From NCBI GenBank assembly GCA_965153455.1, contig OZ234494.1, positions 3,472,001 through 3,536,000 on the forward strand: 64,000 nt of DNA. The letters run 5' to 3'. The notes under the pieces were generated by a model. It made no database searches. It was not told where the DNA came from and saw only the letters and a list, made by a program, of their open reading frames with translations. The translations under genes were made by a program, and so were the position numbers. Shown in pieces: positions 1-12,746 of this stretch (position 1 is its first letter; each line of letters begins with the position of its first letter). The DNA comes from Sphagnum compactum (Eukaryota).

Positions 1-1362
1 TTGAATCTGAATTCATCAACCGAAGGACGATCATATGCAAAACAGCAATTGCCACCAAACAGGTATGACAGGGACGTGGAAACTACAAATCATCAGCTCA
101 AGTACTGAAATAGGCCCAGCTTGTGGGTTACAATGTGAATACACACATTGGACAGCCAAAGAACACCCCCCATAGCGAATCCTATCATTTCTAGAGTAGG
201 ATATTCTACTGATAAACTGGTGTTTCCACATCAAAGGCAAAGGCACAATCTTCAATCTTCCCTGCATGTTATAGGACATCATCTCTATGACATTGCAGAG
301 ATTAATCACAACAACAACAAAAACAATTGTTGAAGGGGTAACATGACAATTTGAGTGTGGCAGTCATAACCTCTATGAGAGAGAAAGAGACTTTCCACTC
401 ACAAAGGTGTCAGACCAGCCATCATCACCTTCTTCATCATGAATAGCATCGATAATAAGCTGCCATGACTACCAAGCACCTCTGACTTCCATCAGCTCCT
501 GACAGTAGGTGGGTGTAATAGATGTCATTGCACAACATGTTGCAACATCATCAACCTTTCCAAATTCATGGCTTTACATAAATGGGTTGGGTGTAAACAT
601 GTTGCAACATCAGCCTTAACAATTTCAAGGCTTTACATCAATGCGCTCTTTGCATCTAAACGATGGATCCTGTCATGTGAAACAGCCACATCCGCCATCT
701 ATGCCTAACAAAAAATTATACCCTACTCCACTTGCAAGCAGGATATCGAGCTTCATTGGCATCGTGGTTTACTTATGGGAATGCCTAGTTGATGTTGGAG
801 AATGTTGAGAATTCACAAAAGAAAAGAAGAAGATTCAAAGGCACAAGCAAGCAAAGCAAAAGCCAAGCCAAGCCAAGCCAAGCCAAACAAGCAAAGGATC
901 AGATGATCTCCTACCTCACGATGAAGAGCCTCATCCAGTTCCTGCCTCTCGTCACTGGTAATGTCACTTTGGTGTAGTTGTGACAAGCAACTGCGAATCC
1001 TGCCATCATCATCATCATCACCATCATCACCCAAACACAGTTGTTGAGTGTTCATTGGCAACAAAAACTCTTTCAAGCTCTGAGCTTGCTTGCATGCATA
1101 CGACTATCGCCTGGGATTGCCAACAAAACTCTTCAAGATCCAAGCTTTCTTGCATGCATGCTACTATTGTCTAGATTGCCAACAAAACTCTTCAAGATCG
1201 GAGTTTTCTTGCTTTCTTGCTTGCTTGCTACTGGTTTGTCTGCAGACTTCCTTCCTAGTGAAATGTCCAACACCTGCTTGAACATCCATTCCAATTTCCT
1301 ACAAAGCTTCTTGCCAAGAGTGCTGCAGCAGAGTGTTGTGAACAAGCTTCTGCTTCTTCTTA

Positions 1363-1416
<54 letters not shown>

Positions 1417-3074
1417 GAGGAATGAGGAGGCATTGGTACACACACACACCGGGTGTGCTTCTGAAGCAAAGATCGGCGAACGGATTGCGTAGGATGCGCA
1501 GTAAGCACCAGATCGACAGTCTGATTCTTCAAGGCATGGAAGATCTCAACAGGACTCTTGCCGAGTTGGTTCACCAAGCGTCGGAAAGTCTCTTCCAAAT
1601 CCGACTCGGTGAGTGCACTGTTCTCGTCTCCGATGTCGCCTTTCTTGGCCTCCTGCTTCACGCGTCGCCGGTCCGCGATCTGCACTTCCTCCGCTAAGTT
1701 CGCCAAGTTGAGCAGGTGCGAGAAGGAACTAGCCACCAGTATGGAGTCTCCTGCGTCCAGCGCGTTGAGAAGCTCTCCCAGTTGTTCCAGTTTTCGGAAA
1801 TCCCCCGCTCCTTCTTGTTCTCCATCATCGTTGATCTTGCTATACATCCCCGATATCTCGTAACACTTCTGCACCTGCAACAACAATTGCATACAACCTT
1901 AGCGCAATTTTTTTGCATGCTCTTCTTCACATTCTTCGCAGTTTCTTCTTCATCTTCTATCGCCAAAAGCTGCACCTGCTCTTCTTCACATTCTTCGCAG
2001 TTTCTTTCGTTCTTTCTTTCTTCTTCTTCTTCTTCTATTGCCAAAAGCTTCTTCTGCTCTTCTTCGCATTCTTCGCACCTTCTTTCTTCTTCTTCTTCTT
2101 CTTCACCTTCTCTTACCAAAAGCTTCATCTGCTCTTCACATTCTTTGCAGTTTCTTTCTTTCTTTCTTTCTTCTTCTTCTTTTTCTATTGCAAAGAGCTT
2201 CATCTACTGCTGCTGCTGCTTCTCCAGCAGTCAGTCAGTTAGTCATTGAGCAATCGAAGCTTGTTTGCTCGATTGCTGTCACGATTTGTCACAGCAATTG
2301 CTTACGTCCGGAAAGGAAGCTCAAGACGCGCTTCATTACACACATGCATCAATCGATCAATCTGTTGTTTGGATTCTTGAAAAAAGTTCTGATTCTCCTC
2401 CGTATTCTTCTGCAATTGTGTTTTTGTGTTGCTGATTGTGCGAGGAACTGCGAGAGAACGGAAGTCTACTTTCTGATTCTCCTCCGCATTCTTCTGCAAT
2501 CGTGTTTTTGTGTTGTTGATTTGTGCGAGAACTGCGAGAACGGAAGAATACTCCATTTCTCCTATCACAAGAAAGACACTGGGAGAACGGAAGAATACTC
2601 CATTTCTCCGATCACAAGAAAGACACTGCGAGAACAGAAGAAGATTCCATCCTCCGATCACAAGACAGTCTACATTGCGAGAACGGAAGACTGCGTCCTC
2701 CGGTCTCACGAAAGACAGACAGACAGTAGTAATAGATAGAGAGAGATGATGATGGACACGACCACGCAGAGCTTGATCTGCTGCAGCATTCTTGACGGAA
2801 TATTATCTCCAGAAAGGCTCTCTAGAGAAAGTAGCAGCGAGATTGTGTGTTTTGCATACAATTTCTGTGAGGAGATGGCGAGGATGATGGAGGAGATGAT
2901 GATGATTACCGTCTCTCTGACGTCGTCGCCATGCAAACCTTGCAGAATGCCAAGGAAACGATCCAGTAACAGTGCGTCGTACTCTATAAGCTTATCATCT
3001 TCGGACACTTTCTTCGGCACCAGTAAGCGCATCTTTGCATTGATCGATGCCAGATTCTTCTGTAGCTTTGCCAT
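1..3074 (-). CDS. PPC: Plant-type phosphoenolpyruvate carboxylase, 5' part (continues beyond window start)
   Basis: Exons are 3074-2910 ([40 protein letters not shown]...VRET), 1874-1450 (VQKCYE...[12 protein letters not shown]...[23 protein letters not shown]), 999-915 (85 nt, IRSCLSQL...[10 protein letters not shown]) and 6-1 (tcag|ATT CAA, the I-Q start of IQAAFRTDE). All junctions are GT-AG and in phase, and the catalytic TAHPT motif is intact. Confidence 0.96.
1056..1200. repeat. Intronic degenerate tandem repeat, about 59 bp x3 (PEPC intron 2)
   Basis: Repeated block (tt)gccaacaaaactcttcaagatc...ttgcatgcat at about 1057, 1118 and 1177. Confidence 0.8.
1364..1413. repeat. Compound (TG)n(AG)n microsatellite
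   Basis: Seen directly as tgtgtg...gagagaga. Confidence 0.95.
1920..2720. repeat. Stacked degenerate tandem repeats in PEPC intron 1
   Basis: 1920-2210 has TTC-rich units with caaaagct...ctgctcttc...cacattctt. 2386-2545 has a duplication of about 86 bp (ttctgattctcctccg..). 2535-2720 has about 4 copies of a roughly 47 bp unit (gagaacggaagaatactccatttctcc..atcacaagaaagacactg). Confidence 0.8.
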
Positions 3075-3367
3075 CTTCTTTTTGCTGCTGGTTCTTGATA
3101 CTGCCTCTTTGGTAAATGCTGCTTATCTAGTAAAAAGCTTTCGAGTAGACTGTTTGTTGTTCGGGTGCTGATTCTCTCCTTCATACACCACTAGATCTGG
3201 AGGAAGATGAAGAAGAAGAGGAAAAAACCATGGAACAAGAAGCTGTCTTCAGACTAGACATCCGGACGAAAGAACCAACCAGGTGCGCAAGCTACCCCCC
3301 ATTCTTTCTTTGTGTCTTTCTTTCTTTGTAACCACTTGTGGTTGTTCTAGGATCCAATGGCCCGTGT

Positions 3368-3426
3368 TCGCGACATCCTGCGTATGTTCAGAACCATCGC
3401 GACATCCTGCGTATGTTCAGAACCAT
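3368..3426. repeat. Perfect 29-bp direct duplication upstream of PEPC
   Basis: tcgcgacatcctgcgtatgttcagaacca x2. Confidence 0.9.
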
Positions 3427-4541
3427 TTTCTTTAGTTGCTGGCGACATGGATTTGTCGGGAATCAGTTTCGAGACACAAATCGGACAATGGGTTGTGCAA
3501 CATATCTCTGTCTCTGCCTCTGTCTCTCTGGGTTCAGACTTTTGAGCATCTTTTGTTCTACGCAAGGCAAGAATGAGCCAGATGGACTCAGAAAACACAT
3601 CTCATGATCAAATTCGTGAAGAAACAAAAAGAAACCCTGTGAAATCAATTAGGTCAGACAAACAAACAAATAAACAAAGCTGCACTTGTGGGTGCGGGGT
3701 ACCCATTGAATCCATGGAACCTGGTGAGATGGGTGGATGAGGGATCATGACAACAGTAACAACAGCAAACCCATATATGTATATTACACACCCATGCACC
3801 ACCACTGGAAAAGCTCACCATCTCACATGAAGAAAGCCTGGAGTTTCTATGCTGCTGCCACAGATAACAGCAAAGAGTTTTATTCTTCTTCTCATGTCTG
3901 TTGTTGATGCCCAAATACAGGAATCAATCATTTGTTGTTGTTGTTGTTGTGGGTGGTGCTAATTATAAGCAACTGCGTAGCTAGGAGCACCCAGAAACAG
4001 ATGCTCTCTCTCTCTCCCTCCCTCCCTCCCTCCCTCTTTGAATTAATTGATTGATAGATAGCAAATTTCTGCTACCTCTTTTTTCTGGTTGTAGTGGGAA
4101 TGTAGATGTCCATCCTCTGTCCGTGAACCCACCCACCCACCCACCTTTTGAATCTGCCCCAACAGGAGCTTCCTCTGACAATAATCTCAAGCTCAAACTA
4201 CTACTACTAGGGACAGTAGGCAATCAATCCCTCTCTTCTCGGGGTATATCCATCTATCTATTGAATGTTTCTTTCTACCCGGAACTTGAATTATGTACAT
4301 CTCTTGTTGTTGTTGTTAACATTGTTGGTTTGAATGTGTGTCTCTGTATGTCCTTGATTTTTTATGTGCACCAATCTAGCTACCTACCTATGTCTCTCTT
4401 GGTTGCTGAATGTTGAGCTTCAAAGCTGTCTGTTTGTTGTTGCTCCCTGAAGACTGACTTGGACATAGACCTGAGGCATTTCTTTGACGTGTCTGAAGAA
4501 GGAAAAAATAGTGGTGGTGGTTGTTGTTGCAATGTGGGGTA

Positions 4542-7500
4542 TCAAAAGCATTTTGCGACTTCACACTTTCCACCCCGCCCAATGCGACCTTCACAAGCTT
4601 CAAGGTCGAGCCAGCCATCAGGTGCCTCATCAACATATGTTTCCACAGTTGCATTAAATCTTATCCTGTTGAAATATCGAGAAAATCTACAGGCCAAACC
4701 TGCAGCATGCTTGTCTTTCATCAATTCTTCGATTACTGCTTCATCTCCCTCTATTTGCTTGATTAGTACCTCCTGTAGCTGCTTCTCCTCAGCTCCCCCT
4801 CTGCTGCTGCTGCTGTCCAATTGTTGTCGGGATTCAAGAATCTGTTTTGCACGACGACGAGCCAGCCGCAGCCGAAATACTGCCAGGCTCCAGGTTGATT
4901 GGCCACTGCCAAGAAACACAGTCGATCTGGTACAAATCTCCTGCTCAATCAGTGCAATTTGCTGACTGTATACCTGAAACACAGACATGATAATTTCAAC
5001 ATGAATTTTTCTTCTCCTTCTCCTTCTTGTCTTGTGTTTCCAAGTGGTTGATTCTCCACTCAAATAAAGAAAGTGAAGATTATAATAGTGGGTGTGAAGA
5101 TGATTGATGCAAGCATGCCAACATCCTTGAATCTGGAAACACACAGCACCAGGCCATGAAGATGATGGGGTGAAGATCTACCGGTATTTCCCCAAGAGTT
5201 GACTCAGGGTCGAAAGTTCTTCCATTTGAAAAGTTGGGAAGATTCTTAATCTTCCACAGTCCAACAACTGCAAGCCCACGATTCCTCAACTCCTCTACAG
5301 CCTGCACACCAAATTTGTAGCATGGAGTTTTTCGAGTACCAGTCAGCATGAATGTGGTAAAAGGGAAGTTCAAAAGTTCAAACCTGAGAATCCTCTGAAA
5401 TTCCTTACCGAGCTGGAAAATCAAAGCATGTCAGGCAGTCTACTTGCAACAAATATGATATCTCAACAACAACATTACATTACATCACAAATTCTTTACC
5501 TCTTGGACAAGTGCAACACCTTTTTCACCTCGGATCCACCCATCTGTGGCCAAGTACACAGTCTTGACATTGTTCTTTTGAGCATGATCAAAGATGGCAT
5601 CAAAGACATCGAATTTATCAAGACCCACTCCTCGGAAATGGCCCCAGGCATGGCCATTGCCCTTGCACTGATCTATGGACAGTCCAATCCATTCTTTTGC
5701 ATCGGGATGCAGGCCAGAGTCAATGACAGCTCCATCACTACAGCGAACAAAGCATAGCCCAAGTTTGTGAGGTCCACATTCAGATTCCTCAAACCTCCAG
5801 TGGACTGCAAGGTATGGGACATTGATTCCAATTGCCAACTCTTGCAGTTTATCTACCAGAGTTGCAACTGCTTTTGAAGGTTGCAGAAATGCAGACACTG
5901 CTAGAAATCCTCCTCTCCACCTTGGGCCTGGGTACAAGCCACCCACTCCTACACAGTGTTCATTTGAACTCCCCAGCGATTCAGCTATGTCACCTGGTGC
6001 CTGCCACTTCACCCAATCCGAAGAGAGTTTCCGAGCTTCCTGCCCATCCATAACGTATGCAAATGCCACCATACATCAATCCCCAAATTGAAGCTCTCTC
6101 TCTCTCTCTCTCTCTCTGTGTGTCTCTGGATGTGAGACCCAGTTTGTGAACTGCAATATATGATTGTGGAGATTGTCAGAGATTTGATCAGCTTGCTGCT
6201 CATTTTCAATTGTTTGGGTTTGCATTTTGCTTTCCACAGAACATTGGAATGCATCTATCTTGGTGCAAGGCTAGACCATCTGTTTGGCATGGGGGCTATT
6301 CATTCCCTCACAAGAAGATCTGGTGGATTTTTCTTTCTTTCTTTCTTTGCTGCTGCATGCATGATTGATGTACAATGAATGTCTTGATTCTGTTTCTTTC
6401 TTTGTTCCTTGATGAATCTTTTTCCACAAGGATCCTTTAGCTTGTCATCAAGACAACAAGAAGAACCGCAATCTTGACATCTAACTGCAGCAAGAAGAAT
6501 TCCTTGTTGCAAGAAGATAGAACGACTTCTTGCAACAAGGAAGAAAAGAATTGTGCAAGAAAGTTTTGAGGGAGTAGATGATGGCAGACGCACTTTTGTT
6601 GTGGGCAATGAATTCCAGTCCCTGAGAATGGGCTCACGCATAGGTTTCAGCAGCCAACGCGCATCAAGCTTTGAATGACACTGCTTCAAGCAATCGTCAT
6701 GGGATGCAACACGTACAAATCTCGACAAAGTCGCCTTGTCATACCGATTCTCCATTGCCAACCAGCCATGTTCTTCTCCTCCTCTTCCTCCCTTGACTGA
6801 TATCCCTGATCAATCCCCAACTCCACAAAGGAGAAGACAAAGAATATGAGACAAAGAAAGTTCTCCCAATTGCTAGACTTGAACTTTGTAACAAAAACAA
6901 CACACTTGTGCTGCTGCTGCTGCTGATGCTGCCGCTCTTGCAAGCAACATGGAATTGGCAAATGATTCCAAAGGGTTTTTGGTGTCAGATTCTTCAACCA
7001 AGCTGAAGAAGAAGAAGAAAAAGAAGAAGAAGAAGAAGAATGAGACCAAGAAAGAACTTCTCCCAATTGCTAGACTTGTTTGTAACAACAATACTTTGTG
7101 CTGCTACTGTTGCAAGTGACATGGAATTGGCAAGTGATTCAAAAGCTGGGTTTGCAGCATCAGATTCTTCAACCAAACTCTGACGGAAAAATCAAGGCAG
7201 AAGAAGAAGAAGAAGAAGAAGATGGGTGTGTAGATTTGTGTGTATTGTTGTACCTGTGTGTCTGTTGGGACCTGGGAAGAAGTCTGGAAGGCAGAGAGTG
7301 CGGTTGAGAGCACGAGCAATGATGGCAGCCGACATGTACTCCATCAGCTGGTTGCCAGCACCCACCTGGTAGCTCAGAATTGGCATCAAGAATTTCTCCA
7401 CCTGCTGCTGGCTCGGATGCTGCTGGAAGTTCTCAGGGAGTGGCAAGATTGCAGGAGATGGAGTAGGAGAAACTGGTGGTGGTGGTGGTGCTTCTGCTTC

Positions 7501-8277
7501 TTCTGCTTCTTCTGCCGCCGCCGCCGCTGCTTGGTTCATGTGACCCGGCTTCCTGGTCTCGTCCACAAGTGAAGAAGGACCCAGCACAACAACAACAGAA
7601 GGCGACCAAGAGAGATCCTTTTGATCTTCAACTCCATATGATGCATCACCAGATTCAGATTCTTCTCGGCTGTCAAGAACAACTCGTTGTTGTTGTTGTT
7701 GATCTGCAGGAGTGAGACCCGTGAGGACCCATGATGACTCCAGGACTGAAGGAGGAGCACTCAGGACCTGAGCTTCTGTTTTTGTTGTTGTGGTGGTGGA
7801 GTTGCTTCCAAGACTTTCTGATTCTTCTCGGCGGCTGGACTCGTCTTCTTCCCAATGAATTAAACCTGGAGCAGCTGGTAGATCATCATCTGTGATAACT
7901 GACTGGATTGAAGGATTGCGTTCTGTTACAGTCGTCGTTGAGTTGCTGTAACTAAGATTCAAGCTGCTGCCTTGATGAATTCCTCCTCCTACAGCAGCTG
8001 CTGCTGCTGCTATATTGTCGCTTGCATTTGCTGCAATGATCATTGGGTTGTTGCTCAGATCGTCGTTGATGAAGAAGGCGGTCATATTGGAGATGGTGAA
8101 GGATACCAAGGCACTACCTGAGAGAGAAATTGTAGTGCACGACAGGAGGAAGCTGAACAAAGCGAAGAGAAAAACCGTCACAGTCACTGACACATGAGAA
8201 GAAGAAGAAGAAGAAGAAGACCACCTTATCCATGACTTCAAGGACCATGGCATGACTACCCAATTCATCATTTTCAT
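4542..8277 (-). CDS. GDP-fucose O-fucosyltransferase-family (O-FucT, POFUT-like GT-B) type II membrane glycosyltransferase
   Basis: Predicted exons are 8277-7254, 6805-6594, 6039-5500, 5301-5182 and 4973-4542. The protein has an N-terminal TM segment (VTVTVFLFALFSFLL) and a long S/E/P-rich stem. Family-typical motifs are GAGNQLMEY..AAIIARALNRTLCLP, YLAVHWRFEE, VYLATD and IEQEIC.RSTVFLGSGQSTWS. The exon 3 acceptor and exon 4 donor are less certain. Confidence 0.85.
6860..7220. repeat. Diverged tandem duplication (about 197 bp period) in O-FucT intron 1
   Basis: ttctcccaattgctagacttg...catggaattggcaa.tgattc...cagattcttcaacca followed by (GAA)n, at about 6861 and 7058. Confidence 0.8.
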
Positions 8278-8366
8278 TGCCAATTCTAGAATTGCAAACT
8301 CACACCCGTCCTTCTCCTTCTCCTCCTCCTCCTCTTCCTGCTCCTCCTTGCTCTTCTTTGCTATCC

Positions 8367-8680
8367 GAGCTTTGAATCCCTCAAACCTCTCTAACTGGGT
8401 GGTGTTCTCTCATCATCATCATCAACAACAACAACAACAGAGCTTTGAATACCTCAAATCTCTCTAACTTGGTGGGTTTCTCTCATCATGATCATCATCA
8501 ACAACAACAACAACAACAACAGAGCTTTGAATCCCTCCAAACTCTCTAACTGGGTCGTGTTCTCTCATCATCATCAACAATAACAGAGGTTTGAATCCCT
8601 CAAATCTCTCTAACTGGGTGGCGTTCTCTCATCATCATCATCATCATAATCATCAAGAACACCAACAACAACAACAATTC
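8367..8680. repeat. Four-copy tandem repeat with nested (CAT)n/(CAA)n microsatellites directly upstream of the O-FucT start
   Basis: Unit gagctttgaatccctcaaacctctctaactgggtggtgttctctcat(cat)n(caa)n at about 8367, 8440, 8522 and 8586. Confidence 0.9.
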
Positions 8681-10816
8681 CTCCTCCTCCTCCTCTTGTG
8701 CTGCAACAACTGCTTGTACATAGTTGTAGTAGTTGTTGTTGCTGCTCTTGTGCTGATGCAGCTGCTGGCTGCTAATTGCTTGCTTTGTTTGAGCACATTC
8801 CAATCCATGGGTTGAAAAGATGCAACCTATTTTCAAGTTTTCATGTACAAAACTTGAAAATAGGATGCATCTTTATGAAGGAAGAAGAAGAAGAAGAAGA
8901 AGAAGAAGATTATTATTATTATTATTACTATTCTCATTAAATTAGTTAGCACTTTGTTGACATTTGTCATGGCATTGCTGAAAGTGTGCATGTTTGGGAA
9001 AAGTTTTGGGTTACTCCCCTCCCCCCCCCTTAAAACATCATCATAGGTAGGTATGTGAGCTACCACCCTATTATGGAATCTAGGATCTTCCCTGGGGGAT
9101 CAACCCCATTTGTTTGTCCTTGGTGGGTATTACTAAATTTTTGAGGGGAGAGAAAAAATTTCAAAAATTTCAAAAGATTAGAAAAAAACCCATTTTGATT
9201 CCGATTTTTTTCCTCTTTACACTACTATGTATGTACATGGGGTTTTTGGTTTTGTTTGGTCGGTATTAATTTTAGGGCTCTTGTACATACGTTCGGTGGA
9301 ATGGTGATTCCATTACTATGAAGGTTCTTTGATTCGAAGAATAACTTTGGAGTCACAAGTGGCATCATCGATTCATTCACTTTGGCCAACCTCCTCATGT
9401 GAAGGAGGGAGGCGGCAGCAGCTTTGACATCAACAACTTGTAAGCAATTTGATGATGATGGGTGGAGGCGCATATGTGAGTTGAGGATTCTCCTGAATGA
9501 CAATTGCTGATTTGGCAAGTTTTCAGGCAGTTTTCAATTGCAGAATCAGCCAATTCAATCATTTCATGCCATACATACATATGCTACAAAACAGCACAAT
9601 AGATCTTTACAGAAGGGAATGCATGCGTGTCCCTTTTGGCTGGCTCCCTCTTTTGTTTGAAATTCCCTTCCCTCCTCGAGTCTTGTTGAACCATGAAGAA
9701 GAATTCAGTTGGTTGGATGCAATTCTCATTTCAAGGAATATATATGAGTGAGGAACATGGATTCGATGGCATTGTTTTGGACAATTTTTCTTTTGATTCG
9801 CTACATTAAATGTGAGAACCATTTTACTTGCGGTCTGCAATCAAAGGCCTTTTTGCTTTTTCTCTTGTCTTGTCAGGTTAAGTACTGTAAGAAGAAGAAA
9901 GTGTGGAATTCCTCAATTAAAGAGATGACTTTTGCGATGATGCAATTGAATGATGAGGAATTTCTTCTACACAGTTGGGTCTCTGCAATTATTCGAAAGG
10001 TGCATAAGAAACCAGCTCAATCTGCTAATTACATGTTTGATGATTGATCTCGTCACTAATCTTATTTTCTTGAGCATAGCCACACAATACAAAACAGAAC
10101 TAATTAGCTGCCATAATCCCCAAAAATCTCCACATTCCCAATTTTATATTTGTGCCCTAAACCTTATATTTTTGGGCACGGCACCTTGGAGGTCATTGCA
10201 TGCCTTATTTTCATTCAATCAAAAATCCCTCTAAAAGAAACCAAAATCCTTCAAGATATTATAACTCTATAACAACTAATCTCAAGTTTCAAATCACAAT
10301 ACAAGCCAAAATCCCTTAAGCTACTACTATACTCTATAATGAATGTGACCATAATAATATATCCTTTTGCCTTGGTATGCTTGAAGAAGGCCAACAAACA
10401 CGAACACTCCTTGGGCATACCGCTACTACACATAAAGGACTAAAAAGGTTCAAAGAAAGAATCGATTGTAATGGCCATGAATGAGCATGCATTAGTAGCT
10501 GAACAAAATGATGGGAGGGTGTGTTTGTTGTTGTCATGCACCGAGCATGGCCAGGGGAATATAGCACATGTATGTTTGTATTCGAGAAATGGGTGTTTTT
10601 TTGTCTTTTTAGTAACATTATATTGTCTTTTTGAACTTGAGAAATTTTCAACACCTGACCAAATGCACAAAAGGGTGCTTCTTTTTTGTGTCACAATTTG
10701 TTGTTGGATCTCGAGTGCATGACCAAAGCAACCACCGTCGTGCAATGCAATGCAACACATCCCTCACAATACCCATGATGATCTTCATGCAAGTTGTCAA
10801 GTCAAGTATTTTGATG

Positions 10817-10920
10817 AATTCAAGATGCTTTTTGGCTATATTCAAGATGCTTTTTGGCTAACATGGCTATATTCAAGATGCGTTTTGGCTATATTCAAGA
10901 TGCTTTTTGGCTATATTCAT
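10817..10920. repeat. Tandem repeat of about 22 bp, 4-5 copies
   Basis: ggctatattcaagatgcttttt repeated. Confidence 0.85.
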
Positions 10921-11545
10921 ATCGCAACAAACTTCAAAGTTGGCACCTTGACTTGCTATATCCATATTGCCCGAATGCCACCCAAACAACTCGTCATTGG
11001 ATGGATGCTTGGCCTTTTTACTTTACAACTATTTTGTCATTGGATGGATGCTTGGCCTTTTTAACTTTACAACTATTTTGCCCCACCGTGATGACAAAAA
11101 ATCAAAGTAGAGGTTCCCACTCACAAAATAATTCCACTTTACAATGTGGACTCATAATAAGTAAAAAAAAATTTATGTCCATTCGTCGTTGGGGGAACTT
11201 GGAAGGAAGTACTTTCAAAGGTGTGTGTGTATGTATGTATGTATACATTTCCAAAACTTTTTGGACTAGTATTATTTCCACATGCATGGCATATACATAT
11301 ATATATATATTATATATATATAGATACCATTTTGAGAAAACCCTTTCAAAGTTAGAGAGTTTTTATGACAATTGATGCTCTTGATTTTTGGAGAAGGCCA
11401 CCACATACATGCCTTTTTGAGTGTACCAACCACCAATGGCCATAGCAAACCCCCCCCCCCCCCCCCCCAAAGGGCCATTACCCATTGGCCATTGCTTATT
11501 TATTTGTATGGAATATTCTCCAAACCCTGGATTAATTGTAATTAC

Positions 11546-12480
11546 CAATGTAGGGTGGTGGGGGACTTTTTTTTTTTTTTTTTTTTAAATTTAAATTTTT
11601 AGGGGAGGTAATAGTCAAGTCCGGGTAATTGAAAGTAAAAAAATTCAAAGAATTGCTTGGGTTGGATTCATTTTATTGTAAGGACCGAAAACATAATTCA
11701 AAAGTAACACAATTACAAAGTTTTGAAAACATAATTCAAAAGTAACACAATTACGAAGTTTTGAAAACATAATTCAAAAGTAACACAAATTACGAAGTTT
11801 TGAAAACATAATTCAAAAGTAACACAATTACGAAGAAGTTTTGAAAACATAATTCAAAAGTAACACAATTACGAAGAAGTTTTGAAAACATAATTCAAAA
11901 ATAACACAATAAGAACAAAGTTTTGAAAACATAATTCAAAAGTAACACAATAAGAACGAAGTTTTGAAAACATAATTCAAAAATAACACAATTACAAGTT
12001 TCGAAGACATAATTCAAAAACAAATCCTCAAAAAGGTGATTGTCATGATTGCCATTGAAGGTTTTTTATTTTTTATTTTATTTTATTTTATTTTTGGGTT
12101 AAAACTACATGATTGCCATTGAAGGTATTTTATTATTTTATTTTATTTTATTTTTGGGTTAAAACTACTACAATCCAACTCTCAATTAACCAAGTTACAA
12201 CCTTTTTTGAGTACGGAAAAAAGTATTGATCCGAGTTTTTGAGGAACACCTTTGCACTATTATTCTCCCAAGTTGGGTCCAGTTATGAATATTTGAAGTT
12301 CGAAAGTCATCAATTATGAGGTGGGGACGAGTGTTAACTTTCAAAAAATGCTACGTAAGAGAGAGGGTTCGAGTTCTTACTTTGAAAAAATAAGACCGAA
12401 TGAAGCATATATGCATCTAACTTGTTCTAATACCCAATTACCCATGCAAAAAATAAAATAAAAATACCCACCCCACATTG
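11546..12480. mobile_element. Non-autonomous hAT-like element (about 935 bp) containing a minisatellite
   Basis: Left end caatgtagggtgg and right end ccaccccacattg (12/13 inverted match). The 8-bp flanks gtaattac and ggaattat match 6/8, as a decayed TSD would. No coding capacity. Confidence 0.55.
11687..12020. repeat. Minisatellite, 37-41 bp x9
   Basis: gaaaacataattcaaaagtaacacaattacgaagtttt starting at 11687, 11725, 11763, 11802, 11843, 11884, 11925, 11966 and 12003. Confidence 0.95.
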
Positions 12481-12746
12481 GGAATTATCCTTAACCACAC
12501 GAATATTTTATACCATAGCCCGGTGGGCTCCGAGTAATGGCCTTTTTGCGATTGTGTAATGAGTGTAAGGTAATTAGGGGGGCCTTCTCAAAATAAGTGC
12601 CCCCTTGGCGCGTCCCGCTCCTTGGGTGGGTGCTTTGTTTTGGGAGTGCCCCACTCTAAGTGGTGGTATCATGCGTAAAGAAGCACTTGCAAAAATAAAT
12701 TTTTAAATTGTTTTCCTATGATATATCCACCACCGTATCATGGGAA

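Noticed and set aside
7..914. PEPC truncated after exon 3
   Set aside because: Positions 10-1 read tcag|ATT CAA on the minus strand, the expected start of exon 4. The gene simply continues past the window edge.
1694..2749. Long Glu-, Phe- or Ser-rich ORFs (for example 1694-2203 and 2038-2739)
   Set aside because: They lie in PEPC intron 1 and result from TTC-rich tandem repeats.
9230..10230. Short ORFs as a gene
   Set aside because: There is no consistent frame, splice pattern or motif; probably decayed TE sequence.
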